Positions 37,294 to 46,631 of a stretch of DNA of 55,539 nt are shown piece after piece. A model generated the notes under the pieces. That model worked only from the letters and a program-made list of their open reading frames with translations, did no database searches and was not told where the DNA came from. The position numbers and the translations under genes are program-made. The DNA is from an uncultured virus (IMG/VR IMGVR_UViG_3300010361_000001). Its lineage: Duplodnaviria; Heunggongvirae; Uroviricota; Caudoviricetes. The stretch's first letter is position 1. The number at the start of each line of letters is the position of its first letter. The stretch lies in IMG/VR virus record IMGVR_UViG_3300010361_000001. The stretch is one strand, 5' to 3'.

Positions 37294-38261
37294 GTCCTCT
37301 TCTTCCTCCTGGCTAGCTGTTGCTTGTAGCGAGTCACGGCCTTGCGCCGTAGCTGGGCGTGTTCCTTGCGGCCCTGGTTCCTCCGGGCTGCCTGGTAGTC
37401 CTCGACGTCGGCCCGCTTGCGCTCCTCCGCACCCGACTCACTGAGTTGTGGGTCGTAGCCAGGCATGGTCTTGGGCGTGGTGCCCCGGAACCCATAGGTC
37501 TGCCGCTGGATGTTGAACCCAGTGCGCCGCTGGTTGCGGGGATCGTTCTGGAAGTGCTGGAGCATGAACCGATCGGCGGCACCTTCGGTCTTGCCCACCC
37601 CGGTGCGGCTCTTGAGGTAGCGCGTGGTGCGCTCCGGCGTCATCTCGCGTGACGAACCCACCGGGAACCGGGTGGTGAAGTCGACGTGGTGGCCGATCTC
37701 GTGCATGAGGCCAGCATCAAACCGGGGTAATGCCCGCTTCAGAGAGGTGGGCTTGCCCCTCCCTCCCGTGATGCTCGTGACCACCCCACCCTTGGGGCCT
37801 TTAACCGACAGGTCGCCCTTGAGGGGGTACATGTTGATCTGCCGGTTGGCAGGCTCATAGTCCCCCATGACCGATGGCGTGCCGGTCACATACTGCATAC
37901 CCGAGTGGAGGTGGATCCCACTCAGATCCTTCAGCTTGGTCACATCCATCGAGGACCGGGCGATGGCCTCCTGGACCAGGCGCCTGCCATGGGGCGCGTT
38001 GTAGGGGCTGTCCAATGTGGAGCCAGTCAGGGTGTGGCTATAGGGCTGATCCCCTCCAGTAATGACCGGGCCATGCTCCTTTACGGCAGCCATGCGCTCC
38101 GGGCTGTAGCCCCTGGGCCAGCGGGCTGGCGTCTGCGGCTTGCCCTCCTGGAAGAGCTTCCCCTGGGTGGGCTGGGCGCGCTTCTCCGGGCTACCACGGT
38201 GCGGGTAGTACGGCTTCATGGGACCGAACTGGGAGTCGTTGAGGTTCTCCGGTTCGGTCAT
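37290..38261 (-). CDS. HExxH zinc metallopeptidase-like protein
   Basis: GDY..ANRQINM, LMHEIGHHVD and a downstream EGAAD; internal QGKLF. Confidence 0.7.
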   Translation of the reverse strand: MTEPENLNDSQFGPMKPYYPHRGSPEKRAQPTQGKLFQEGKPQTPARWPRGYSPERMAAVKEHGPVITGGDQPYSHTLTGSTLDSPYNAPHGRRLVQEAIARSSMDVTKLKDLSGIHLHSGMQYVTGTPSVMGDYEPANRQINMYPLKGDLSVKGPKGGVVTSITGGRGKPTSLKRALPRFDAGLMHEIGHHVDFTTRFPVGSSREMTPERTTRYLKSRTGVGKTEGAADRFMLQHFQNDPRNQRRTGFNIQRQTYGFRGTTPKTMPGYDPQLSESGAEERKRADVEDYQAARRNQGRKEHAQLRRKAVTRYKQQLARRKKRT

Positions 38262-40021
38262 GACTGCTCGTCTTCTTCAGGCACCCGGCGCTGCGGGATG
38301 GTGGTGCCATGCGCCAACGACACGATGCGCTGGAACATCTTCGCCACGTCGGCGTTGTCCTTCAGGTCCAGGCCCGGTGCGCTGGCGATCTTGGCCGTAG
38401 GCGCCGTGTTGACCTGAGGGCCACCGGCAGACTTCACATCACTGCTGCCGTTCTTCTTGTCGCCATTGCCATTGCCGTTGGCCGGTGGAGGTGGCATGGG
38501 CTGTGGCCCCTCCGGGGACACCATGCCGGTCATGTTGACGATGAGAGAGGACACCTGGGCGCGCAGCATCTCCAGCGCAGCCTGTTGCTCAGCGTCGTCC
38601 AGTAGCTCCTTGAAAAGCTCCTGGAGCTTCTCGTCGGGGAACTCCTCACCAAGCTCCTGGAGGGCGCCCCGCTTGGACTCCAGCCCGAGCGCCATCTTGA
38701 CCTGTAGCTCGTTGAGCAGCACCAGTTGGTCGACCGGCAGAGGCGGCTGAAAGTGGACGGTGTTCTCGTAGGTCACCGGATCCATCGGATCCAGCATCGG
38801 TAGCTGGTCATCCCGGAGCGGGGGATCCCACTCCGGGTTGTAGACCAGCGTCTCAGGCTCCTTCATGAAGAGCGTCTTCAGTGCCAGCCGGTTGACCTCA
38901 GCAAAGCCTTCCCCATACTGGGTGGCCTTGAGATGGAACCTGTTCATGAGTGGCTGGTACTGGATCGCCAGAGCCACGCCACTCGTGTTGGAGATCGCCT
39001 GCTCCTCGCCCAGGGCGGTCACCGGCACACCGGTCATCTCGTGCATGGCGCGCTTGAGGACGTCGAGCAGCTTGATGGCCTCCTCGATGCCCCGTGGGTC
39101 GAAGAGCAGGTTCTCTACCTTGGCCTCCTTGTTCGGGATCGACCATGTCTGGTGCGACCCCTTCTCCAGGTTGGAGGCCCTGGCCCCGATCACCACCGTT
39201 ACCGGAGCGGCGTGGTAGTTCACTATGTCGGTGATGTCGGTTGCCACCTCGTTGTAGGTGCGGTTCAGCACCGTCACGTCCTGGATGTCAGGCATGCCCC
39301 AGGGCGAGCTAGCGATGGGCAGGTTGGAGATATGCACGATGGGGATCTCACCCAGTGGGTTCTCCCGAGAGTCGATCAGTTCGTCGTTGACGTACTCCTC
39401 GATCTGATTCTCGGTGAGCAACTCGGTGTAAGTGAAGACCTGGCGAGTGCCCTCCATCGTGGTGCCCCAAAAGCGGTACTTCAGCTTGAAGCGGATGAGC
39501 CGCTTGCGGTCGTGGGGATGCCACTCCGGGAAACAGAACGCTGAGTTCAGGGGCAGAACCCGCACTCTGCCGGGATGTGGCATCCCCGCTGGATCGGTCC
39601 AGGGTTCCTCGTAGGCAACCTTTACGAAGCTATCCCCCGTGACCGAACCCATGGACCCCATCTCCCACAGGAGGGAGTCCTTCCGGTTGTCCTTCTCCCA
39701 AATGCGCTGGAGGCGCGTGGGAACGATGGCGGCAGTGGCGTCTGGTGATCGGAAGCCGACGCCCTTACCGAAGACGAAGTTAGTGGTGAAGTCCGACAGT
39801 GCCCGCACGTAGTTAAACGTGAGTTGCGGCTCCCCCAGGTCCGGGCGCTGCGCCCAGTGGTAGCCCAGGTAGAAGGCCCAGTTCATGGCGTAGCGGTTGA
39901 GCCTGGGGCCGTGGACCTCAAACTCTTCGTCCGCTAGCTCCACCAGCCCGAGCGGGCTTATCTGGATCGTAAGATCCGATGACGCCGCTCTATAGCTGGG
40001 GGACTGGAACTGGATGGACAT
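38258..40021 (-). CDS. Portal protein
   Basis: FNY..A..DF, TGDSFVKV, NPLGEIP.VH..N, SNTSGVAL. Confidence 0.9.
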   Translation of the reverse strand: MSIQFQSPSYRAASSDLTIQISPLGLVELADEEFEVHGPRLNRYAMNWAFYLGYHWAQRPDLGEPQLTFNYVRALSDFTTNFVFGKGVGFRSPDATAAIVPTRLQRIWEKDNRKDSLLWEMGSMGSVTGDSFVKVAYEEPWTDPAGMPHPGRVRVLPLNSAFCFPEWHPHDRKRLIRFKLKYRFWGTTMEGTRQVFTYTELLTENQIEEYVNDELIDSRENPLGEIPIVHISNLPIASSPWGMPDIQDVTVLNRTYNEVATDITDIVNYHAAPVTVVIGARASNLEKGSHQTWSIPNKEAKVENLLFDPRGIEEAIKLLDVLKRAMHEMTGVPVTALGEEQAISNTSGVALAIQYQPLMNRFHLKATQYGEGFAEVNRLALKTLFMKEPETLVYNPEWDPPLRDDQLPMLDPMDPVTYENTVHFQPPLPVDQLVLLNELQVKMALGLESKRGALQELGEEFPDEKLQELFKELLDDAEQQAALEMLRAQVSSLIVNMTGMVSPEGPQPMPPPPANGNGNGDKKNGSSDVKSAGGPQVNTAPTAKIASAPGLDLKDNADVAKMFQRIVSLAHGTTIPQRRVPEEDEQS

Positions 40022-40237
40022 CTACTTCTTGGCCTGCCCTGGTGCCTGCCGACTCTGGTTGTAGAAGTCGACCTGAGTGACCGGTAGCGACCTGCGGTAC
40101 TGGACGCGCATCTGCGCGTGGGCGGTCTGACGGTCCAGTTGCTTCGACTTGGACAGCGCTGCCACCCCAACCTGGCGGGGCCGGGTGAAGGTGTAGGTGA
40201 GCCGGGATGACGCCAGGATGGTGGGCGGCGCAGCCAC
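40022..40237 (-). CDS. Small basic hypothetical protein
   Basis: Coupled ORF in the head operon. Confidence 0.55.
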   Translation of the reverse strand: MAAPPTILASSRLTYTFTRPRQVGVAALSKSKQLDRQTAHAQMRVQYRRSLPVTQVDFYNQSRQAPGQAKK

Positions 40238-40437
40238 TACTCGTCGCCAGCCCGGTGCGTCGGTGACCCCCGGAAGACCTGCTCCACCAGACCACCAAGC
40301 TGACTGGGGTTGGGCGCACGGCCCATCCTCCTGGGCGAGGACGACATGGGATTGGCGTGGGGGTCACGCCGGTCGTTCCACAGCGTCTGCACATCCATGT
40401 ACTCGACGGGTACGCCTTTGACTTTGGGCTGCTTCAT
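40237..40437 (-). CDS. Small hypothetical protein
   Basis: TGATG-coupled ORF. Confidence 0.55.
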   Translation of the reverse strand: MKQPKVKGVPVEYMDVQTLWNDRRDPHANPMSSSPRRMGRAPNPSQLGGLVEQVFRGSPTHRAGDE

Positions 40438-41891
40438 CAGAACAACGTCCCTTGGTGATGGCCGAACTGGACCGGGTGGGCGATGGGCGGGTATGACTGG
40501 GCCTCTGAGGGCAACTGAGACTTGAGCCGAGCGATCGGCTCCTTCTCGTGACGCTGGATCTGCTCCTCACCCCACTGCGCCGCCTGGCCCTGCCTTAAAC
40601 GGCGGATCCCCCGTTTTTCCATGGCCTGGCGAGCGGCGTAGTCAGCCATGGCGTGCCAGCCCGAGACCTCCATGGCCTCCTCGCGCTCAGCCTTCTCAGC
40701 CATGGGTCTGCCGGTCTTGGGGTTGATCACCACATTGCCCTGCTCATCCCGGCGCAGGGGCTGCTCGTGGCCCAGGTGAGGCAGCATGCCGCCACCCCCC
40801 GAGTGGATGTCGGAGACGAAGTAGTCAGGGTGCCCTGGCAGCCAGGAGTTGTGGTACGCCGCCGTCTTGGGGCCGAAGCCCGACTTCTCACCACCGTGGT
40901 GGGCGTAGGTCTCTGGCACGGTCTTGCCTCCGAAGATGACCTGATGCGCCCGCCGTGCCGCCTTGTACATGTTGGCGTTGATGACGCTGCGGGCCTTACC
41001 AGCCAGGCCCGTCTTGGTCACCTTGTTGGGGTCCACGCCAGCCTGGACCTGCTTGACCACATGGTGAGCCAGTTCGGCATTGGGGTAGGAGACCTGGCCT
41101 GCCTTGCTCACGAACCGGAAGGTCATCTTCGGGGACGTGTCCGCATTGGCCGACGCGATCAAGCCCATGGGCACCTGGGACTCAGCAGCGTGGCCGTGCA
41201 GTACAGACCCGGCCTCACCGTGAGGGTGGTAGAAGGTCATGGCGAACGGCTCCTTGGCCCCGACCCGGCGCGCCCGCAAGTACGCCTGGTCAAGCTGGGC
41301 GCCGAAGTCCCTGGTCATGGTGTCCAGGGTCGCCCCCGATGCCGCCTTGACCCGACGCTGGATGTCCTCCTGCTGCTTGGGGCTGTGATCCTCCCACCGC
41401 TTGGGTGTCGCCAGGGCATGGGGATCCTCCATGCCCGGTAGCTGCTGCTCCCCGATACCAGGCCCCTCCGGGTGCTGCTCAAACCCGTAGTGGGCGTACG
41501 CCTGGGCGTGGGTCAGCTTGAGCCGCTTCTGCTTGGTCAGCCCCAGTTCTGGACGCTCCTCAGCCAGCTTGTTGTGCTGTTCGGTGGCGTAGTCCACGAT
41601 GTCACGGGAGCGGGCCTGGCCCGCCTTGGACCGCTCCCAGTTCCGGCGCCGCCTGGTCATCTTCTCGGTCTTGGCCTTCTGCTCCGACGCCCTGGCCTGA
41701 CGTCGAGACTCGGCTTCCGCCTTCGACTGGGCTATCTCTTCCTTGCTCCGGCGTGCCTTGGGCGCCGGGGCTGACTCAGTGGCTCCAGGCTGGGTGCTGC
41801 CGCCGAACTGACGGCCAGCGTTCCGGGCGCGCCGAACGACGGGAGGGGGCGCCTCGTTGACATCCCAGCCAGGCTCCTGGACCGCAGCCAC
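40437..41891 (-). CDS. DUF7178-like / HhH DNA-glycosylase-like protein ending in QGTLF
   Basis: A..SP...N...GPKTAAY.N...SDIH...Y.A...G...Q.QA..W pattern. Confidence 0.6.
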   Translation of the reverse strand: MAAVQEPGWDVNEAPPPVVRRARNAGRQFGGSTQPGATESAPAPKARRSKEEIAQSKAEAESRRQARASEQKAKTEKMTRRRRNWERSKAGQARSRDIVDYATEQHNKLAEERPELGLTKQKRLKLTHAQAYAHYGFEQHPEGPGIGEQQLPGMEDPHALATPKRWEDHSPKQQEDIQRRVKAASGATLDTMTRDFGAQLDQAYLRARRVGAKEPFAMTFYHPHGEAGSVLHGHAAESQVPMGLIASANADTSPKMTFRFVSKAGQVSYPNAELAHHVVKQVQAGVDPNKVTKTGLAGKARSVINANMYKAARRAHQVIFGGKTVPETYAHHGGEKSGFGPKTAAYHNSWLPGHPDYFVSDIHSGGGGMLPHLGHEQPLRRDEQGNVVINPKTGRPMAEKAEREEAMEVSGWHAMADYAARQAMEKRGIRRLRQGQAAQWGEEQIQRHEKEPIARLKSQLPSEAQSYPPIAHPVQFGHHQGTLF

Positions 41892-41893
41892 GA

Positions 41894-42295
41894 TCAGTCA
41901 GTGACAACCTCAGGGGAGCGGCGCTTCTGGATGCCCCCGCTCCGAACCACTTCCTCGTACCTGACTTCGGCCTGGTCGGTGAAGGAGCCATGAGCGAACT
42001 CACCCAGCATTGTGGGGGCGTCGATCCAGGCAGCCGAGCCGACATGGGCGCGCTCCTGGATGGTCTCCTCCGGCATCTTGAACTGGGTCTGTGGGTCCAC
42101 CCTGTTGATCCGGCCAGGGGCCGAGATCATGAACTCGATCATGCCCCGGCTGAAATCTGAAGGGATGTCCGTATCGGTGGACAGGCCCTCCTCAAAGCGC
42201 AGAGGCCCACGGCCTCCAGGGGCGTTCGGCCCCTGGGTGACGTCGTACTGGTACCGTCCCCGCTCCGGGAACGTCGGCTCAGGGCCAAGAGACAT
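41894..42295 (-). CDS. Hypothetical protein of the head operon
   Basis: GGAGGA RBS before the ATG at 42295; GPLRFEEGL.TDTD. Confidence 0.75.
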   Translation of the reverse strand: MSLGPEPTFPERGRYQYDVTQGPNAPGGRGPLRFEEGLSTDTDIPSDFSRGMIEFMISAPGRINRVDPQTQFKMPEETIQERAHVGSAAWIDAPTMLGEFAHGSFTDQAEVRYEEVVRSGGIQKRRSPEVVTD

Positions 42296-42327
42296 AGCGA
42301 TTCCTCCCATCGCAGGGGTTACGTCCA

Positions 42328-42372
42328 AGGCTAGGTTCGGTGCCCAGGCCCCCCGTGACCACCCAGTACCCT
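42328..42372. promoter_or_regulatory. Bidirectional promoter box 3
   Basis: Minus strand: GGGTGGTCA (42364-42356)-N22-TAGCCT. Plus strand: TACCCT 6 nt before GTG 42379. Confidence 0.6.
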
Positions 42373-42448
42373 GGAACCGTGAGCATCTCGGAGCAGTGGG
42401 CGCACAACACCTCCATGGAGCGGGCCACCGGCTCTCAGGTGGGGACGC

Positions 42449-44092
42449 CTATGCCGAGCGGCGGCTTCGGCTCTGACGATGATGAGCAGAGCGCGCCCTC
42501 TTCACCGACGACGCCCACGGGGTCGACGTCATCTCCACCTCCGGGACCATCATCACCTGGCTCATGATGGTGGCGCAGGACAAGCTGTCCACATAATCAT
42601 CATGGACACCAGCCTCGTTCGGGGCGGCAATAACCAGATGGGCGCCCTTGTAGCTCTTCTCCACGTCCACCATCTGCTGGCGGAATCGGCGCCAGGTCTT
42701 GGTCCGCTTGGCCTTGGGATGGGCGGGCCAGCTAAGGAGACCTCGTTGCAATAGCTGCTGGAGGTGCTTCCAGCGCATGGACTGGTCAGCGATCTGTGAC
42801 GACAGCGGCTCCACCTGGATCTTCGGCAGCAGCCGCTTGAGCCGGTCAGCAGCTACATCACCCACGCCTTGGGCGTCTACGCCGCACGCCACGATGGAGT
42901 AGTTGCTGAAGAAGTCCACGATCCGCCAGTACTGGTCCTCCCACTCCTCCCCGTGCATCTCCAGCCAGTTCAGGATCCGATGATCGTATAGACCCAGTTC
43001 GTCGGGGCGATCCCAGTCGACCCACACGATGGTGGCAACTGTACTGTCCATCTTCCGGGCAAAGTCGATACCTGCCACCAGCGGGGAACGCCAGTATCCC
43101 TGGACGATGGGCATGGTCGGATCACCGAGTTCATCCATACGGGTCTCGGTGATGAGCATCCCTCGTTCCAGGAGCCACTCCAGCCGGTAGTTGAGTCGAA
43201 ACTCATCGCTATCCTCCCCGATCCTGCTGGCCTCACCCCGGATGTAGGCGGCGTAGTTCTTGTTAAATCGGGCACAGTAGTGCCAGTCGAACCGGAAGTG
43301 ATTTTTCCGGCCACCCCGGCGTAGCTCCTGGCGGCGGTTGTGCTGGATGGTCTTGTAGAAGACGCCCTTCACGATGTCGGGCGTCCCCGTCATGACCATG
43401 GTCGCCAGGTAGAAGGCACCCATGGGGGTGATGCTCTTGTTGAGGACGTACTCGTCCACCGACTGGGACTCGTCCACGAAGATGACGTGGTAGCTCTTGG
43501 ACTCGATCTTGGCACGAGGGTTAGCCGTCTGCATGGCGCAGAAGCTCTGGCACTTCTTGAGCCTTACCTTCCGGCTGCCGGGGCGCACCTGATCGTCAAT
43601 CTCAGGATCCTCCAGCATCTCCAACGCCCGCTCGCTGGTCAAACGGTCCACTACGCGACCAAATAAAGTCTCAACCTGTTGCTCGACTGGAGCAAAACAC
43701 CCGATCATTACCCCCTTGATAAACTTCTTAAGAGGCTCAAACTCCGGGAACATCTCAGCCAGGCGGGGCAGTAGGATCATGAGAGAGGCAGCGACGTTCG
43801 CCACCACCTCCGTCTTGCCCGACTGCCGGGACAACTCCCCGGTGATGGTGGCGCCGTCGCCAGAGATCACCGACTCGATGATCCGGCGCCCGAGAGCCTC
43901 CTGGTAGGGGAACATCTCCACGCCCGAGAAGATCACCGTGAAGTCCCACACCTTATCCACAAGCCTGTCCACAAACTGCTGTGAACTGGGATCTAGCGGC
44001 TCCGGGGCGTAGCGCTCCAGGTCTTCGGACAGTTCGGAGTCGTCCTCAGCGTACTCCTCGTCCTCCAGGGCAGGGTCACCAACGTAGGTCAT
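42449..44092 (-). CDS. terL: Terminase large subunit
   Basis: SRQSGKT Walker A, IFVDESQ Walker B, MTGTP, AGIDFA and HDDYVDS nuclease motifs. Confidence 0.95.
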   Translation of the reverse strand: MTYVGDPALEDEEYAEDDSELSEDLERYAPEPLDPSSQQFVDRLVDKVWDFTVIFSGVEMFPYQEALGRRIIESVISGDGATITGELSRQSGKTEVVANVAASLMILLPRLAEMFPEFEPLKKFIKGVMIGCFAPVEQQVETLFGRVVDRLTSERALEMLEDPEIDDQVRPGSRKVRLKKCQSFCAMQTANPRAKIESKSYHVIFVDESQSVDEYVLNKSITPMGAFYLATMVMTGTPDIVKGVFYKTIQHNRRQELRRGGRKNHFRFDWHYCARFNKNYAAYIRGEASRIGEDSDEFRLNYRLEWLLERGMLITETRMDELGDPTMPIVQGYWRSPLVAGIDFARKMDSTVATIVWVDWDRPDELGLYDHRILNWLEMHGEEWEDQYWRIVDFFSNYSIVACGVDAQGVGDVAADRLKRLLPKIQVEPLSSQIADQSMRWKHLQQLLQRGLLSWPAHPKAKRTKTWRRFRQQMVDVEKSYKGAHLVIAAPNEAGVHDDYVDSLSCATIMSQVMMVPEVEMTSTPWASSVKRARSAHHRQSRSRRSA

Positions 44093-44282
44093 CGTTCACC
44101 AAAAATCCACTTGATCTTAGCCACACGAAGTACTAGACATTTTCTCACGGCGGTCTCGTGACCAACTACACCTCTGTGCGGCTGTGTGGAACTGTGTGGA
44201 CAGGCGCGCCTTTGTAGTTGATCACGGTCTTACCTTCACCTCGATAGGTAACAAATCCTCCCGGAGATAATCGCCCATTGGG

Positions 44283-44312
44283 TTGACATCCACGCTAGCC
44301 GGGGGGCAGACT
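44283..44312 (+). promoter_or_regulatory. SigA/HrdB-like promoter of the replication operon
   Basis: TTGACA-N18-CAGACT. Confidence 0.55.
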
Positions 44313-44393
44313 CCCTCCTTACCGCCGCCCTCCGGGGCGACGGCTGGAACATAGGAGCCTGGCTCGACACGACGGGCTGGGGATGCCGGGAGG

Positions 44394-45128
44394 GTGAGTA
44401 TGGAACAAGGCTTGGATCCTCCATGCCTGGAACTAGGTGACAGCCCCGAACACAGGTCACTGACGTGGGCCGGGAGGAACACGGGACGGCAGGGACTCGT
44501 CCTGATCGGGGTCGACAAGCTGGAGTACAGGATGGGGCGGGAGGTGCCGGATGCGGGGGCTGCTCTCCTGCATCTGGAAGACGGCGGATGGATCGAGAAG
44601 GTTCGGATCGGGGAGAGCTACCGCTACCGTGTGCTGGTCTTCTGCACTTGTTGCGGAGATGATCGCCCAAAGTCCCCCGCCAGCGGCGGGCGCGAGTCTA
44701 TCTTGGCGCGAAGCGCCGGGATGGACGAGCGGGTTGGTTTTGGTTCTGGTGTTTCTAATGGGGTTAAGTCGGAGTCTGTCCAAAATCCAGTCAGCCTCCT
44801 GGCGTTCGATTTCGCCCAGGTGGTGGGCGTGGATCCCGCTCAGTGCAAGCCAGAAGCCCTGGCTCACAACCTCAAGACCTGGAAGCGCCAGTACGGGATC
44901 GGTCTCGATACCCTCCGGCTGATGATGGAGGAGTTCGCTCGTCACCCGGACTGGTGGCGCCGGTCAGACAAGCCGCCCTGGCGCGTGTTCCTGGCCCGGA
45001 GGGACGAACTGACAACCTTGATCGCCAAGCGCCAGCGACGTGACCCGTCCAGAAGAGAACCGGGTGAGCGCAAGGGCCGGGACTACTGGCTTGGCCGTCA
45101 CACCACCACCTCATACTCCACGGCGTGA
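44394..45128 (+). CDS. Putative replication initiator (wHTH-like N-terminus)
   Basis: ALLHLEDGGWIEK is wHTH-like; first gene of the operon that contains DnaC/DnaB. Confidence 0.5.
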   Translation: MSMEQGLDPPCLELGDSPEHRSLTWAGRNTGRQGLVLIGVDKLEYRMGREVPDAGAALLHLEDGGWIEKVRIGESYRYRVLVFCTCCGDDRPKSPASGGRESILARSAGMDERVGFGSGVSNGVKSESVQNPVSLLAFDFAQVVGVDPAQCKPEALAHNLKTWKRQYGIGLDTLRLMMEEFARHPDWWRRSDKPPWRVFLARRDELTTLIAKRQRRDPSRREPGERKGRDYWLGRHTTTSYSTA

Positions 45129-45625
45129 CCAGGCGTACCCCGCTGTGGGTCGGTATCCGGCCCACGGCTGACTTCCTTGACGACCCCCGACGTGGGTGCA
45201 TGACCCCCAACGGCAGGGTCAACAACCTGTTCTTCGGTGAGGCCATCGAAGACCTGGCGGCATGCCAGGCGATCTGCGTGCGGTGCCCGGTGTTCCGGGA
45301 CTGCACCCGGTGGACGCTCGCCAACTACGACGCGTTGGAGTTCGGCATCTTCGCTGGCCTCAACGAACACCTCCGGGAGCGGCTGCACGCCGGAGTGGAG
45401 CAGTACTACGACTGGCGCCAGGACTGGATCCGGAAGTACTACTCCACTGCACGGGCCAAGCGACTGCTCCGGGCGGGCCTGGGTAAGCGCGCCCAGGCCA
45501 AGGAAGAGATGCCCCCATGTCCCCGCTGCGGCGCCGAGAGCGTCGTCAGGAACGGACGCCAGGGCCGCTACCAGCGCTACCACTGCCACGGCTGTAACCG
45601 AAACTTCCAAGGAGAAAGACTTTGA
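45125..45625 (+). CDS. whiB: WhiB-family transcription factor with C-terminal zinc ribbon
   Basis: C...FF...CxxCPVxxxC...GIFAG; then CPRC...RNG...QRYHCHGC. Confidence 0.85.
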   Translation: MTRRTPLWVGIRPTADFLDDPRRGCMTPNGRVNNLFFGEAIEDLAACQAICVRCPVFRDCTRWTLANYDALEFGIFAGLNEHLRERLHAGVEQYYDWRQDWIRKYYSTARAKRLLRAGLGKRAQAKEEMPPCPRCGAESVVRNGRQGRYQRYHCHGCNRNFQGERL

Positions 45626-46197
45626 ACAAGGTATTTCCACGCTACGCCGAGAAGTCCCTGGAGGACTTCCAGATCATCGACCCCAGCCACGAGGAGGCCC
45701 TTCAGACCGCCAAGGACTACATGCTCCGACTTCCCGAGTGTCGGGTCAAGGGGATCGGTCTCACCATCCTGGGGCCTGCCGGGGTGGGCAAGACCTTCCT
45801 GGCCTCCATGATCATGAAGTGCGCCAAGGAGGAGGGCGACAGTATCGAGTGCATCGAGGCCAGCACCTACATCGAGATGCACCAGCAGCGCATGATCCTG
45901 GATGGTGAGGATGAGCTTGAGGTCCATCAGCACATCCGACGCATTCAGAGGGTGAAGTTGCTCCTCCTGGATGACATCGGGCGCGAACACGTAGGTGACA
46001 GCGGCTGGGCCAACACCATCATCTTCAATACCCTGCGATTCCGCTACAACCGCTGTCTGCCCTTCCTGGTAACCGCCAACCTGTCCCTGGACGGGCTGAC
46101 CGACCGCTACAGCCAGGGCTTGACCAGCATTCTGCATGAGGTCACCGAGTTCATCGTCATCGAGGGAGAGGACGCCCGGTGCAGAAAGGACAGCTAG
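45622..46197 (+). CDS. DnaC/IstB-like AAA+ helicase loader
   Basis: GPAGVGKT, LLLLDDIG, TAN, G.D.R. Confidence 0.9.
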   Translation: MNKVFPRYAEKSLEDFQIIDPSHEEALQTAKDYMLRLPECRVKGIGLTILGPAGVGKTFLASMIMKCAKEEGDSIECIEASTYIEMHQQRMILDGEDELEVHQHIRRIQRVKLLLLDDIGREHVGDSGWANTIIFNTLRFRYNRCLPFLVTANLSLDGLTDRYSQGLTSILHEVTEFIVIEGEDARCRKDS

Positions 46198-46631
46198 GAA
46201 CTGAAGGCGAACGGCGCATCATTTTCATATGGGAGGGCGCCGTCGCCAGGCTCCCGGACCACCAGATGGTCCGTACCTGGGAGCGGGTTAAGTGCAACCT
46301 GGGCCTTTACGGGCAGGCCCTGGGCTACTGGGAGGTCTCCGAGCGGGGCCTCAACATGATGTGGACCCTCCTGGCCCGAACCCAGTACCGGATCGACCTG
46401 TGTGTCACCACCAGGCCGGAGGGTTTTGCACAGGCTGTGGCTAAACGTGTGGAAAACGAGAACTGGCCGGTGCGCTATGTTTTCCAGTCGGCCCCACAGG
46501 ATCTCGGTCGCAGACTGCCGTCCATGCCTGACGTAGACAGGATCTACTTCGGGCTGGACGAGCAGCGATGGGCCTACGGGCCACACGGTACCTGCATCCA
46601 GCCTGACCAGCCGGTGCCCTGGAGTGCCTGA
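46179..46631 (+). CDS. Hypothetical protein, possibly degenerate HAD-like
   Basis: In-operon ORF; IIFIWEG. Confidence 0.65.
   Translation: MQKGQLGTEGERRIIFIWEGAVARLPDHQMVRTWERVKCNLGLYGQALGYWEVSERGLNMMWTLLARTQYRIDLCVTTRPEGFAQAVAKRVENENWPVRYVFQSAPQDLGRRLPSMPDVDRIYFGLDEQRWAYGPHGTCIQPDQPVPWSA

Noticed and set aside
37778..37786. Fourth TGACCACCC copy
   Set aside because: Lies inside a CDS and has no -10-like hexamer at the 22-nt spacing; probably chance.
44731..44790. GGTT-rich, lower-GC patch inside the putative initiator gene as an iteron origin
   Set aside because: Repeats are too short and irregular to call.
45510..45610. IS1 element
   Set aside because: Only a Zn ribbon; no DDE domain or terminal inverted repeats seen.
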